Under the pieces are notes generated by a model, which was given only the letters and a program-made list of their open reading frames with translations, was not told the origin of the DNA and searched no databases. Shown piece after piece: positions 1-30,573 of a stretch of DNA of 64,000 nt (the first letter of the stretch is position 1; each line of letters starts with the position of its first letter). Location: positions 8,311,129 through 8,375,128 of the forward strand of contig CM082576.2 in assembly GCA_040954595.2 (NCBI GenBank). Direction: 5' to 3'. The position numbers and the translations under genes were made by a program. This stretch comes from Balanoglossus misakiensis. Lineage: Eukaryota > Animalia > Hemichordata.

Positions 1-101
1 GAATTACATTTAGAGGGAAATGAAACACGAGAATGCATGGGTTACCGCGATTTTGCATGGCGACGTTGAATTGAAGTTCGTTGACTTTTGTGTTCCTTTA
101 G

Positions 102-3100
102 GGATGAACCTGCCAATGTGTACGATGCCCGGTACTATTCACAGCGGATTGATTGCTGCCGGCCAAATAGGTGATCCGTACTACAGGTACGTCTCTGGCC
201 GCTGCATGTAAAACCCTTGTGTTGCAATCGTGTGTACATTGATAATTTATCGGGCTTACGGACTTAAGGCGTAGTATAGGATAATCTAAAATTACACGAT
301 CGAAAGAAATGACGATAAACCAGTTTTACCGTTCGTACATTCTTAATGGGTACGAGCTACAACGGCAGAGAAATCTCCCCTTCTGTACCACCAGGGCCAT
401 ATATGTTCATATTTTGTCATCGCTCCTTCCCTAATTTTAATTACCTACCATTTTTCCAGGTTCAACGACGTTGAGTACCGATATCTATGTGAAAGTAACC
501 TGACGGTGTCGAAACGAGTGACAGGTAATCAGAACATTGACGGTTTCAAGCCCCAGGCCATTCTCCCCTAGCTATGGGGTGTGCACATGGTCTACTTATA
601 TGGTTTGCCGTGGCAGAGACCAGCCAGGGTATCGGTCAGACCCCTTAGCTAGGTTAAAATTATCTGTGGAGAAGGACCCCATTTATTTTGAGCAAAACGT
701 TCCACAATATCGGCACTTCAGATTTGCAAAATGGCGATAATGTGTTTGAAAAAAGTTTACTTTTGACTTCGATCGATACCATACCACATTGAATTCCGGA
801 GCAAAATTATTTCGGCTGATTGCAGTCATGAAAATTGATGTATCGCCTGGGTCAGCATCAAAACAGAACAAAGAAAACAAAACAACGAGAAAATAATGTG
901 TTGGATTGTGTCTTGCTATACAGTTGATCAGCTGTTCTCTGATAAGAACACGGTGTTGCTGGTCTGTGACGGGATTGACACGGTGACCACGGTATACTTC
1001 AACGGCGAGAACATCGGGAAGACTGACAACCAGTTTGTTAGATATACTTTCAACGTCACCGAATTGGTCAAGGTAATCACAAACAGGTCATATCATCATC
1101 ATCATCGCCATCGTCGTCGTCATTATTATCATCATGTCACCAAACCTAAATTACTATTACCGTCAGAAATTAATATTACTGTACAGAATGACTAGCGCCT
1201 AACTTTTCTCTTTGCCAGGAAGGTTCAAATGACATCACCTTCAATTTCGGTTCCAATATCGAGTACGCTGGGATGAAAGCGAACGAATTCGAAGATAACT
1301 ACGGCTACCGAGTTGTGCCCGAATGCCCTCCCTCGGACTACAACCCAGAATGCCATGCGAATTTCATTCGCAAATGCCAGTCGTCTTACGGTTCTGCCTT
1401 TGGGCCAGCATTCCCGACCCAAGGGATCTGGTAGGTGGCGTATTTACTTGTGTGTGCTCATGGTGCATTCTGCATTTTTCCAGTCGGGTGATTTTTATAT
1501 TAGGTGGGTCGCGACGACACGTATAGCCGTTGCTACATCCACTCTCGTTTTGTGTCTTCCTGCATGCAGGAAGCACTTGTTCTTGGAAGCTTTCAATCGA
1601 GCCCGGATCGATGACGTCATGGCATGGCCGTTCAAAGGTAAGTCGCTTTCCTTTCATTCTATTCCAAAATCAATTCCTTGTTATCCAGAGAAAGAAAGCG
1701 GTCCAATTTGATATAGAAGCAACATGGCACAATGTTAACGTTTATCACTTTGAGTGATGTCAGTTGAAAGTGTTTAAGAGAGTTGAATTCCTCTTGTGTT
1801 TCAGAAATCCCCCATCAAATGGACTCAACTTGGATGTTAAACACCACCGTTGTTTTCCAAGTTTACGACGATTTGAATATAGCGAATGGCGATGAACTTG
1901 TGATTGAGATCCTAGAGCTGGGCGTTAAAAAGGTCGTCAATTTCGCCGACGATCCGCTGAGCGCCGGCGAGAATATCGTGTCCGTGTCAATGGAAGTACC
2001 CAACGTGAGTGATCGTGCCAAATCTGTATACTTTTCCGGAGTTTACCATGCACAAGTTGTCAGAAATATGCGTAGCCACACAATGACGATAACTCCTTTT
2101 CGACTAAACTTAGAAAACAATGATTTCATATGTGTGTTTTTTGGGGGGGGGGGCGAAGAGTATACAGTCATTGATAAAATGTTGACCATCCCCGAAGCCC
2201 CTAATAAATAACTCTCCCAATCTCAGTGCATGAACAATGAGCCTCCCTAAACCGCACCAGACTTCTCCCTGTTAATTCTGTCCATGCACTACCCCGGTGA
2301 CCAAAGATCCACTATATCGCTACTGACAGTCTGGGATGCTAAACGCTCGTCTTCTATCTATAGGCCAAGACCTGGTGGCCAACTGGTTATGGCGAACAGC
2401 CCGTGTACAGTTTGAGGGTCGAATTCAACTCCTATACGTATATGGAAAAGTCGACGAAAACGGTGAACGTCGGATTTCGAACGGTCGAGGTAGTCGAAGA
2501 TGATATTGGCACAGGTTACACTTTCTACTTCAAGGTCAACGAGCTGCCGATCTTCCTGAAGGGCGCCAACTGGATCCCCGTGGACTCCTTTTCCGACCGG
2601 GCCACTCCGTACAGAGTGCGCAAACTGTTGGACTCTGCGCTCTGGGCGAACATGAACGCGATCAGGGTGTGGGGCGGTGGCGTGTACGAGGTGGACGAGC
2701 TCTACGACTACGCCGACGAGAAGGGGTTGCTGGTGCTGCAAGACTTTATGTTTGCGTCGTCTATGTACCCTGCCGATGACGGGTTCTTAGGGACGGTCGA
2801 AGAGGAAGTTCGACACCAGGTGAGTGGCGTGTGCATTGCCGGCAACACCAGCCGCTCCCTTCAGGGCCGCACCTGCTATATGAAATTGCATGTCTGGTCC
2901 ACTGAAATTGTTGTGAGTCAAATCCACAAAAATTATCACTTGTCACTTGGAAAAATAACACTGGTTTAAAAAGTAATATTTATAAAAAAAATTGAAATGA
3001 TTGCTTTTTCTTGAAAGGTGCGTCGACTTCTTCACCATCCATCGATCATTATGTGGACGGGTAACACTGAAAACGAACTAGCCCTCGTGGATAACAGGTA

Positions 3101-5895
3101 AGGACATTGGTAATTGAGAAACAGATAGGGTGCGCAGAACTCCTTTTCTTCGATATCCCCGAGCTTTGACATAAATTAAATGATACGCTATGACACAATT
3201 TCCACCAGTTATACCCTGACAAGAATTCCGACCGTTGAGGTGGCAAGATTTTGGCCTGTGTAGTTCGAGATATCTATGCAGTAATATGGTCCTTGTATAA
3301 ACCCATTCTATGATAAGAATTCGGTGACAGTGTTTATGAACCTTGCGTGTTAAAACGTTTGCCCGTTTCTATTTTTGGACGAGGCGTTAATTAAATTCGA
3401 CAGGATAGGCCAGCCGTCGGTCGATGAAAATATTTGACAGGCTGTATCGCATGACTCTCTCTACAGATTTGACACCGACCTTAATGAAGCGACGTACAAG
3501 AACGACTACACTACGCTGTATCTCGATACCATGGGCAAGATCATTCAGGATGAAGACCCGAGTCGGTATTACTTGGTGTCCACGCCGTCCAACGGCAGGA
3601 AAGCGGAAGAAGACGGGTGGTTTTCAGAGGATCCCAGGCCGGACGACAACCGATACGGAACAAGTTAGTCCGCCTTTTTATGTCGTGCTTGACCACGGTC
3701 CCTCCATCACATATAGAGGTGCCACAGTTTGGCTTAATGTTGCAGCACAAAAGTGACCAAACTAGATTATGTGCTGTTTTTCTTGTCTTAATTCTCCATG
3801 CTTCTGTGTTTGTTTTCAGTACACTATTACAACTACACCGGCGATTGTTGGGACCCGAGCACCTACCCAAAACCCCGATTCGTCGCTGAGTACGGCTATC
3901 AGTCGATGCCGTCCTTCCAGACGCTAGAACGGGTGTCTACGGAAGAGGACTGGGCTTACAACACCACATTCGTGCACCACAGACAACACAGTGAAGAAGG
4001 TATGGGTGTGTACCTACTTTTTATCGTGGCGAAATCTCCCCAGCACTCGATTAACGCAGCTCTTCAGTTCGAGACCATGACCGTCATAACATCAGGGAAA
4101 AGAAACGGCGCTGGTCCTTAGGGATAGCTTTAAGCGTTGATCTCCTGAAACGAAATATCGAAACAAATAAGTCAAAGCCAGGATCTGTATCAACTGCTCG
4201 AGGTCTAACAAATTGAAATTCATTCATTCAACAGCGGGAAATGCTATGGAGGAGTTAATGAAAACTCATTTCGACCCGCTACCAAACGGTGGCGACTCGC
4301 AGCAAACTTTCGAAGACACACTTTATCTCTCACAGGTAAACGGAAGTCGCGTGTCGTCTTCATTTCTTTTACCGATTATGGGCAATCTTTAACCTAAAAT
4401 CAATTTTTGACAGTGTAAGCTTACATTACTGATCAAATTAATTCTCCACGTATTCTTGCGGTAGGTCTCGCAAGCGCTTTGCTACAGGGCACAAACTGAG
4501 CACTACCGAAGATGCCAGAGCGATCCGGAAGTCAAGACGATGGGGGCGCTGTTTTGGCAGCTGAACAGCATTTGGCAGTCGCCTTCGTGGTCTTCCATAG
4601 GTGGGTTTCTCGGAGGAATTTCAAATGCTTATACACAACTTCTGTTGATTAATATAGTGAGAATACGGACAGCAGTTGAAACCTTTTGACTTATTCAGGT
4701 GGATTTTGACCTAGGCGCATCCATCGTGAACAATTCTCCGTCAAAAGTATAATTCGATTGGCTAGGAACACGTTACATGACACAAAGTGCTCACCACCTC
4801 CCACCTTTTTTATTTTCACTGCCTGTGTTTAATTTTATCTGCCTGTGTTTGTAGAATACGGCGAACGGTACAAAATGCTGCACTACTACGCAAGGAAGTT
4901 CTTTGCACCCCTCATAATATCCCCCTACGAAGAGAATGGGGAACTCCACTTGGCGTGCGTATCGGATCACACAGAGACATTCCATTCCTTGCAGTTGAGC
5001 GCCAGCATGTGGGGATGGGACAGTAATTTCGTCCCCTTGAAGAGTTGGCAATTGGAATTCTCACAGGTGAGAAATATAGGTTAATCCTGGATTAAGTTTC
5101 CGTTTTTTGTAGGATATCTTGAGTTGTAATTGAAAACAAGTCGAAACTGACAGATACTATAGCCTATATTACAATGTACGATTACGATTTGTTAAAAAAA
5201 AGACTGAAATAATACTGATGCTTTGTGATTTTTCGCTTCCTTTCTGAATTCCAAGGATCCTCAGTCATCCCAGGTAGTTTATTCTAACGACATCGACGAT
5301 ATCATGGCCGACGCGGGATGTCCTGACCGCGAGCAGTGTTTTCTCACGTTCGAACTGACCAATCTGAACGCCACCAACGGTGGAGAGGTGGCACCCCACA
5401 CCGAATTCTACCTGTCGTCATTCAGTGACGCCATCGGAATGAAGGACCCGGCTGTTGCTATAGCCAGTGTAGTGGTAAGTCGGCTCTCACAAAGAAACAA
5501 AATATTGGAATTCGAGTTTACACAAATAGTACATGTAGGCCTATACTATTATATTTAAACATTACAGATCTTTATATATAATTATTTCATTCGTCAATAT
5601 GAGATTTAATGCCGCCCCTCAATTCCTCGATTTATATACATGAATATGTTAATCATTCCAGGAAGTAGACGGTGGTCCCGAGACAGCCGGAACCCTCTTC
5701 GACGTAAACGTCACCGCATCCGCCATCGCAGCTTTCACGTGGTTGGAGACACGCGAGATCACGGGCCATTTCTCGGACAACGGCTTTTTGATGACAGAGC
5801 CGTACAAGATCTTGCGGTTCACCGCCTGGCATCCTCTGGAAATCGACTATTTACAGGATAATCTAAGAGTACATTCCTTGCTTGATATTTACTAA
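102..5895 (+). CDS. MANBA: GH2 beta-mannosidase-like glycosidase (MANBA family), 5' end outside window, divergent active site
   Basis: 15 GT-AG exons in consistent phase: 102-186, 460-524, 924-1072, 1219-1430, 1570-1637, 1805-2004, 2364-2819, 3018-3097, 3467-3663, 3820-3999, 4235-4335, 4465-4600, 4855-5066, 5256-5474, 5662-5895 (TAA); ~863 aa visible. Family motifs: [79 protein letters not shown] (acid/base), [10 protein letters not shown] (nucleophile), [27 protein letters not shown]. May be a paralog rather than the orthologue. Confidence 0.93.
1091..1135. repeat. imperfect (CAT/CGT)n microsatellite in MANBA-like intron
   Basis: tatcatcatcatcatcgccatcgtcgtcgtcattattatcatcat; explains the poly-His/Arg tail of ORF 896-1195. 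Confidence 0.8.
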
Positions 5896-6324
5896 CCAGC
5901 GCCCGCGTTATGTAGGCTGTGGTCCGTCAATTTATTGTCACGTGGGATGCGACACGCACTGTCGCTCCTACACGCACATGTAATGTGCATTAATTTTAAT
6001 GTTGCTTGTGGGGTTCGTGACAATGTATTTTCAATAACAATTTTTTGGCCAAATAAGTTTTTTTTCGCACCAAAGAGCTGCTTGTTTCATTCCCGTCTTT
6101 AAAGGATGGGTTGGACTGTTTTTGCGCTCTCCGACAACACTGGCCTGAAATTGCTTGTTTAAACTGGTAAATAAAACTAACTCCTGGTTTTGGCCAAAGA
6201 GCACAAATCCGACAGTTTGGACGGTTTAAACTGTTATGTAGCAGAGTGGAACAGCGAGATGCATTGTATTTGTAATCTGTTGTGTTTAGCCGGCCTATGC
6301 ACAAATTGTATATGTGTATTGAAC

Positions 6325-6330
6325 AATAAA
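6325..6330 (+). terminator. candidate polyadenylation signal of the MANBA-like gene
   Basis: AATAAA ~430 nt after the stop, preceded by TGTA/GT-rich UTR sequence; a second AATAAA lies near 6170. Confidence 0.5.
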
Positions 6331-6567
6331 ACGAACAAATTCACTGTCAGAGCTTGTTGAGATCACTTTGCACACCCCAGTCGCAAACCCTGACCAGTTT
6401 CGTCGAACTGAAACGTAGATATCTTCGTTTCCAGATGTCTACACTTTTCGTAGTAAAGATGATGGCCTGCGGCAGCGAATGACCTGATGGCCAAACAGGT
6501 ACCAAGGTAACAAAGTACAGTGTCGCAAATTGCTGCAAGAATTACCGTAAATAGGTACGAAACAACA

Positions 6568-6579
6568 TGCGCAGGCGCA
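6568..6579. promoter_or_regulatory. NRF1-like site in probable DNAJC4 promoter region
   Basis: TGCGCAGGCGCA, one mismatch from the YGCGCAYGCGCR consensus, in a CpG-rich intergenic stretch upstream of the splice acceptor at 7166. Confidence 0.45.
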
Positions 6580-7220
6580 GTATTCGATACCTGACCTTAC
6601 ATAAGTTTACAAACTTACCCGGCTGAATTTCTCGTAACCGCAGCCTGTTTGCTTTCATCCACATAACTAATATAAACCATGTGATACTCAACGCCAATCC
6701 AGGAAACTCTGAAGCAAATCGGATAGGACAACCGGTGTTGACGCGATCGCGGATTCGCGTGCGATTGGAACGTACGTACGGGGAAAGGAAAAGCCAGACT
6801 TACGTAAACTGGTGCAGACTGCAGGTCCTGGCCAGGTTCGTCCGTGTAATACATGTAGTGTTGCCTGTGTCATTTCATAGGTTTGCAAATGGCCGTTGTT
6901 ATTTGGAACGAAAGCGAACGAGCTGTTGCTATTCTAATCATATCATGCACGTATCATAGATTTCCATGTTAACCAGCACACAGCTGGGCCAGTGTTCCGT
7001 AGCTGACCCCTCTCGGCATGCGCCCCCACAGGTGGACTTGCGCTGTTTCAAACGGCACCGATGAATGGCTTAAACTGGAACAAAGTTAACCCATTTTGTT
7101 AACCAGGTTGAAACAGCTGATGACCGGTTTGACAAATTTAACAGGTTTACTATTTTTGTCTTTCAGCCTTTGTTGTGGGAATATCAAATTCAAAAGAGAC
7201 ATCATTACAAACCATGAAAT

Positions 7221-8671
7221 ATGCATGTAGGTGAAGCATTGTCAACATGCCTTCGCTGTACCATCCAAAGACTGGCGATTGTGTACAGCCAAACAAGACA
7301 GAATCACTACCAAGTACTTGGCGTGACAAAGAGTGCCAGCACTCCTGACATCAAAGCTGCATATTTTGAGAAATCAAAACAGGTGAGATTGGGTCTTCTC
7401 AGTGTACGGGCCCTCGAGGATGTGCACTAACATTCCTATTTATCAAACAGTGATGTGTGCCAAATCCATAAATTTCATATCAAGTCATCTTGGGTAGACT
7501 CACTTTCTCTCACTTCGTTTTATTTTCCGTCTGTTCCTTTATCCCTTCACAGTTGCATCCGGACACAAAACCAAATGACCCGGAGCAGCATGACAAGTTT
7601 GTTGAATTGAACGAAGCGTACGCAGTTCTCAGCAAACCCCTGACCAGGAGGGACTACGATCTGGAACTGGCCGGTGTCAGAGTCAGTCCGTCCAGGGTTC
7701 GGGTGTATAGAACAGATGCTCACAATCCATTTGGGTGAGGAGCAATGATGTTCTTGGCTTCACAGACATACATTTGCAGGGGGTGTTCCTAAGGGGGGGG
7801 GGGGGGGGTAACGTGGATGTGTGAACTACCTTTAAATACCTAGCATGGTGCCTAGACCTGAAAGCGACGGAAGCTGATTTTGTAATTTGGGTAATTCAAC
7901 AAGTGGCATTTGAATGCAGCAAACCAAAACACTATGTCATGGACCTGTGACTCTCTTGTGTTTCAGGGCCGGAGGGGGCACAAATCATGACTTCTATGGT
8001 TTCAGCGGGAGCCAAGCAGGGTCATCTTCATACTACAGTGTCAAGAGCTTCGGGAGGGTGAAGAACTCGACAGTGCTAGTGGGTTGCCTGATTCTTCTCA
8101 TCGGCGGGACAATTATACACGTGTCCCTAGTCAAGTGAGTCTAGACTCTTATTTATTTCCTGACCCAGTTAACAGCATGGCGAAACTTCCAGAAAACTTG
8201 AAAAGTTCTCATTTATGACTTTAAGTCGTGATCTGATTTCTACACCAACAGATTGGGAGGCATGTTTTCCCGGAAGAACTTGGATGAGAAAGACAGAAGA
8301 ATTGGGGAAATTTACAACCAGGTGAAGAAAAGAGCGAGGTGGGTTATTTGGAAATAGTAATAGATAGAAACAGAATCAAGTTGAATAGAAAATGCCCAGG
8401 CATATCATTTTTAACATTCAGTCACCACACATAGACAAACTGTGTGTACAAGTTTTGCTGTGTTCACATACACTGCATCTTGAATTGTGCAGTATGATTT
8501 TGGAGTGTGTACAAAGCAAAAAAAAAAAAAGATTCTTCTCTCTCACATCTCAACAGGGAAAATGGCAACAAGAAACAGATGGAAGTACTTCGTCAAAACT
8601 ACAGAGCAATGACGAAGAGTAGGCAGGTGATGCCCACAGATGATTCCACACCGAAGGCCGCAGGACCTTGA
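7221..8671 (+). CDS. DNAJC4: DnaJ homolog subfamily C member 4-like J-domain membrane protein (~237 aa)
   Basis: Coding exons 7221-7382, 7553-7734, 7967-8134, 8252-8338, 8557-8671 (714 nt, in phase, TGA). J domain NHYQVLGV...IKAAYFEKSKQLHPD...FVELNEAYAVLSKPLTRRDYD; single hydrophobic helix VLVGCLILLIGGTIIHVSLV; C-terminal LDEKDRRIGEIYNQVKKRARENG matching the DNAJC4 tail. An in-frame TGA at 7215 fixes the start; the acceptor at 7166 implies an upstream non-coding exon. Confidence 0.88.
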
Positions 8672-9103
8672 CAATGTCTATTGAGCTCTTGCAGAGTGAG
8701 GAAAGATGGATTAGAGAGACTTTCATAGCACTGCTTGACAGACACGGCATCTGACGGTTTCAAAGTCGATCACTGTGTGATCAGGAAGCTCCAGGAGTGT
8801 GTCTGGATTGAACTGACTCATTTACATGTAGACGTGATCTCATCTGGCAATAGATGACTCCAGTCTCCACAGTTTTATTTTGTGAGCTCTGTGGATTTTA
8901 GTAATATATTTCGGTAAGGGGTTGTTTCGTTTGGAATTTTAATCTTTGCCACAATTATCGAGCCAAGTGTGAGGAGCACACTGCCTAAGTCTGGTCTGAC
9001 TTGGGTAACTTCATGAATTCTGGTATTGCACACTTGCAAAGGTGTAAATCTACAGAGTGATGTCTAGATGTAAGGACTTGAATGAATGTACAATGTATAC
9101 ATG

Positions 9104-9132
9104 AATAAAGAATGGATATTAAAATAAATAAA
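9104..9132 (+). terminator. polyadenylation signals of DNAJC4
   Basis: AATAAA at 9104-9109 and overlapping AATAAA copies at 9123-9132, followed by GT-rich sequence. Confidence 0.6.
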
Positions 9133-9371
9133 TCATCAAGTGTTTCTGTGAAACTAAATTGTTTGGTGTAGTTGATGGGAAGCTTTTTTTTCTTTACTTT
9201 TGAAACTTGCCAACACCTTTGTCTGCTTGGTCATTGGACTTGGCTGCCTTTTGCACGCAATGGCTCGTATAGTTCGCCCTCAGACGGTGAATCGAGCATA
9301 TTCAGACTGCTGCTGGGATCCGGCCTGGAAAGCCACAAGCGAGTCCAACAGAAACTCGTATATATCATATA

Positions 9372-12147
9372 TTTAATTACAATCAATTTAATCTGTATCT
9401 TAACCTTGTAAAAACCGGATGACACAATGCTGTTAATTTCAAATCACGACATGTTTGGGATCATGAAGTCCCGCCGTAAACTACCATGGTTTTAGCACAC
9501 CAAATCTGCATCAGACAACAGAAAGCGTCGAGGGAAATAAAAAAGGACAAATCGTTTGAATCGATCGTGTCATTAGTTTCACGAGTAATGAAAGCAATAT
9601 AAAAGATTATGGTTGCATCGTTACGCTTATATATAAAAACTTGAGCATTAATAATATTATAAAATGTTGACATCGAACGATATAGCAAAAGGAAAGGGTT
9701 GCAAAAATGGCTCGAATCGGGGGCGTACTTCATTGAACGAAGTCCAGCCCCCACTTACTAAAATCACGTCTCAGTTCACGCTTCAGAAAAAAACGAACAT
9801 TTTAAAAAATATACAGAGATTTTTTACATTTTAACTCTAATATAATACTATCGAACTATTGTAAAATAATATCCATCTATCCGAGCGTAAAACTGTTAAT
9901 AAAACTGTCCAAAATGTTCACTATGTACACGACAACGAACTATAGCTGTTGACACACACAACAATCTAAACCGGCGACGTAACCATGGTCGGATCGTGTG
10001 CGATTTTACACGCGGGATTCTTGGCAGCATTCGTTGAACGATATTACAAAAAAAGACATATCGCCCAGACTTTCACACTCTCGTCTCCTCCTACTTGCAG
10101 CCAGCCAGCCACGTTGACGTTCCACAGTTACTGCAACCTGTCAACTGTTGGAGCAACCGGGGGACACGGGTTAATTTTCGCCTAATGGGTATACATACGG
10201 TAAGAAGTGCAAGTGTTTCTTTCATTAAAAGGGTCACCAACTACAATAAAATGAACCAGGGAGCTACCATCTATAGCACACGGTATAAATGTAAAACCGT
10301 GAAAATTGATAACCAGAGGGGGAGCACGGATATACGCTGGGATGATAATATATATACATATATTCCCCCGAGTTTAAGTCGAGTTGCATGTTTGCATGAA
10401 GTGTGAGGGTGATGAGTACGCACAAAGAGATTGATTTCAAATATGAACACACCAAAGAACATTATTGTCGATCAGTTTGCAGTATCCCATGTCGGTTATC
10501 ATAATCATTTCATGCGGGGGGGGGGGGTAGAAAAGTATCATATTTGATGGTGTACAAAATGTACTTTTTTTCTCTGCGATTTTTGGAAACACGCCTGGAT
10601 ATTCATTGCCCTTGAGAGTGTCCGGCGACGGCGAACAAATTAAGTCAAGTGTGCCGTTGGGGGCGCAGATCGCCTCGCTGACCAAACGTCAAAACAGTCA
10701 ACGGCACCCTTTGCTTTACTTTCCAAATATGGGGTGATCCTGTAATCGGTGCAATGGAGTTTTCTGGGCAAAGGAAACACTGCCTTCGCCACGAGGTCTC
10801 CCTGTGACACTTGCCAAAGATATGCACTCGTGTTCTCACAATAACGGGAGTCAGTGCGGAATAATCACAACATGAGTTTAACTACGGCTGTTGTGATTAT
10901 TTCGTAGCTTGATTTCCGCATCTCGTGGTTTTAGTTTTAACTCGGGGCAACCTCTCTTCAAAAAAAGAGATCGCTGGAGGGGTTGGTTGGGTCCAAAGTT
11001 CAAGCGAGGAAAGATGTTCGGAGTATATGCATGCACTCGTATAGCACAATGCTCTAGATCTACAACAGCGGCCAGCAACGTTTTACGCGGCAGTTTGGAG
11101 GAGTAAAGGGATGACGGGCAAGGTTTAACTATGGCAGCGATTTCATTCGTCCACTGCGCATGCACGTGCACGTTTGAACCAATTGGGTGACGTTTTATAG
11201 CGATGTTGGAGACGTGCGTATAATTAACACGCTTTGTTTTTCTACGGCATTTTGGCATGCACTGTTTCAGCGTGACAGTACTGACCTGGATTTAACCAGT
11301 AAGCTGTACATGTTTGCAAATTATGTAAAGACAAAGAAAAGAGAAAGAGAGAGAGAGAGAGAAATAGAGAAGATCATACATTTAGCCAAAAACAACAACA
11401 AGACCCATTTAAGTTCATGACCATGCCGCGACAACACCAGCAATTAACATTTATAATAAAAGCGAATTTTTGAAGTCACCTCGGTAAAGGTTGTTCAACT
11501 TACATATAGTACACGCTGACTACCCAAACGGAAGAGATCTAGTCACCCACGCGTAAACTGTTTAACAAGTGATACCGATCTGTGAATTTATCGAAATATA
11601 AATATAATAGAGTTTCTTTCCAAGAAGATGATCGAGTTTTTTTTTTATCTCAATAATTCGGATGGCCTATTCCTCACAAGTAAGTTAGACGCACAAACGT
11701 ATCTTTAAATTACTTGCAACGAATAGGCCATCGATTTATATACTTGGCGCTCATCTCGGTGTACAATGGCGAAAGTATACCAGCTACCGATTATAAGATT
11801 GCATTTTTTTGCAAAGGAACTCAACACAGCAGTACGGAATTAAAAGGAAGGTGATTTTGTAATCGTTGGTGGCGCTGTTTCTGATTCTGCGCAACCCGGC
11901 TCAGTCGGCAGTGCCGCAGTCTGGTTCCCTGATCAAGTCCGAACTGTGCTGTGAGCGTATAGCGGCAGACTTAGACGGGGGAAACCAGGCCAGCAGCACC
12001 TTGCATAAATACAGCACATTCTGGTGTTAATTAAAGGCGAACCCAAGTATCCCTCTTACCGCACCGAAAAAGATGGCGCTACAAGAACTTATTATGATTT
12101 GATGCCTTCACGATCTTATCAGAAATCTGTCAGAGACCAAACGTGAA
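9372..12147 (-). other. probable long 3' UTR of the SMOC-like gene
   Basis: U-rich on - strand, no credible exon; ATTAAA on - strand at 9372-9377 and 9386-9391; TGTACATA (Pumilio-type element) on - at 9922-9929. Confidence 0.45.
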
Positions 12148-30573
<18,426 letters not shown>

